Positions 63,451 through 64,000 of a DNA stretch of 64,000 bases are shown here, piece by piece (positions within the stretch are counted from its first letter, which is position 1; every line of letters starts with the position of its first letter). Below the pieces are notes generated by a model. The model ran no database searches and was not told where the DNA came from. It saw only the letters and a program-made list of their open reading frames with translations. Source of the stretch: Myxococcota bacterium (lineage in GTDB: Bacteria > Myxococcota_A > UBA796 > CAJQPC01); contig JAZAMN010000018.1 in the NCBI GenBank assembly GCA_036229005.1, positions 2,377 to 66,376 of the forward strand, in the 5' to 3' direction. The position numbers and the translations under genes were made by a program.

Positions 63451-63705
63451 ATGCCCACCGAGACCGAGACCAAGCAGGCTGAAGCCGCCCCCTCCGCCCC
63501 CGCGCCCGTTGCAGCGGCCGACCACCTCCAGGACCCCCTGAACGCCGTGCGGGTCCACCAGGGCTCCGGCCAACCCGCGCAGCTCCAGGCCCAGGCCTAC
63601 GCGCAGGGGAGCGAGATCCAGGCGGCCCCCGGACAGGAGAGCGCGCTCCCGCACGAGGCCGCCCACGTGGTGCAGCAGGCCTCCGGGCGTCAGCCCCAGC
63701 AGTGA
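63451..63705 (+). CDS. small DUF4157-like protein
   Basis: ATG 63451 preceded by AAGGAG at 5-nt spacing. VRVHQG...AQAYAQGSEI..APGQE..LPHEAAHVVQQ resembles the DUF4157 core (VRVH...A.A.T.G..I.F..G......LLAHEL.HV.QQ). Confidence 0.6.
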   Translation: MPTETETKQAEAAPSAPAPVAAADHLQDPLNAVRVHQGSGQPAQLQAQAYAQGSEIQAAPGQESALPHEAAHVVQQASGRQPQQ

Positions 63706-63750
63706 AATAGGGAGCGCCTGTCCACCGAAAGCGCGGTCCGGAGGCGCCCC

Positions 63751-64000
63751 ATGTCCGACAACCCCTTCCTGCCCACCACCCAGCGCTACGAGCCCAACGC
63801 AAAGGAGCGCAAGGTGGCGGCAGTGGCCCACATCGGGCTGCTGCTCACCGGTGGGCTGGCTGCGCCCATGATCTGGCTGATGTTCCGCCAGAACAGCGCC
63901 TACGTGACCCGGCACGCCGCCCGCGCGACCCTGGCCCAGTGGGGTGGGATCGCGGCCATCGCCCTGCTGGGCCCGGTCACCTGCGGGCTGGGCTACCTGC
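63751..64000 (+). CDS. DUF4870-like membrane protein (partial, runs off window end)
   Basis: MSDNPFLP...ERKVAAVAHIGLLLTGGLAAPMIWLMFRQNSAYVTRHAARATLAQ fits the DUF4870 pattern. No stop before the window end. Confidence 0.6.
   Translation, partial: MSDNPFLPTTQRYEPNAKERKVAAVAHIGLLLTGGLAAPMIWLMFRQNSAYVTRHAARATLAQWGGIAAIALLGPVTCGLGYL

Overview
Very GC-rich bacterial chromosomal segment with G/C strongly preferred at third codon positions, so long spurious antisense ORFs are common. Gene content looks Myxococcota-like: many lipoproteins with Asp-rich CDGxDDDxDG motifs, Ser/Thr kinases and pilT. That lineage call is inference only.

I support about 60 CDS, two tRNA-Ser genes, an SRP (4.5S) RNA and several repeat elements.

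- **Housekeeping anchors:** adk-lpxD; tadA, tRNA-Ser x2, ffs, dnaX-ybaB-recR; pilT; rluA-family; nadA.
- **Accessory content:**
  - A tandem array of five paralogous short YD-repeat lipoprotein genes (9428-15014). It has invariant termini, conversion-like identity tracts and SD-less stop/start junctions, and lies behind a PDZ (GspC-like) gene. This is my best candidate for something undescribed.
  - A tightly overlapped six-gene RDD/SpoIIM-like/DUF4129/DUF4350/MoxR/DUF58 operon.
  - A DUF3500-HupE-DUF3500 cluster with a structured leader.
  - A locus with two radical SAM enzymes, an FAD oxidoreductase and a cNMP-binding Ser/Thr kinase, next to a codon-atypical NYN gene.
  - Two intergenic inverted arrays of repeats with 31-nt periodicity.
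  - A truncated four-helix-bundle (23S IVS-type) gene bracketed by inverted heptamer repeats.
  - A gene pair sharing an ADHLQDPL leader, one of them with a DUF4157-like core.

I recognised no transposase, integrase, CRISPR array, cas gene or reverse transcriptase. All functional calls rest on motif recognition by eye; no database search was run.
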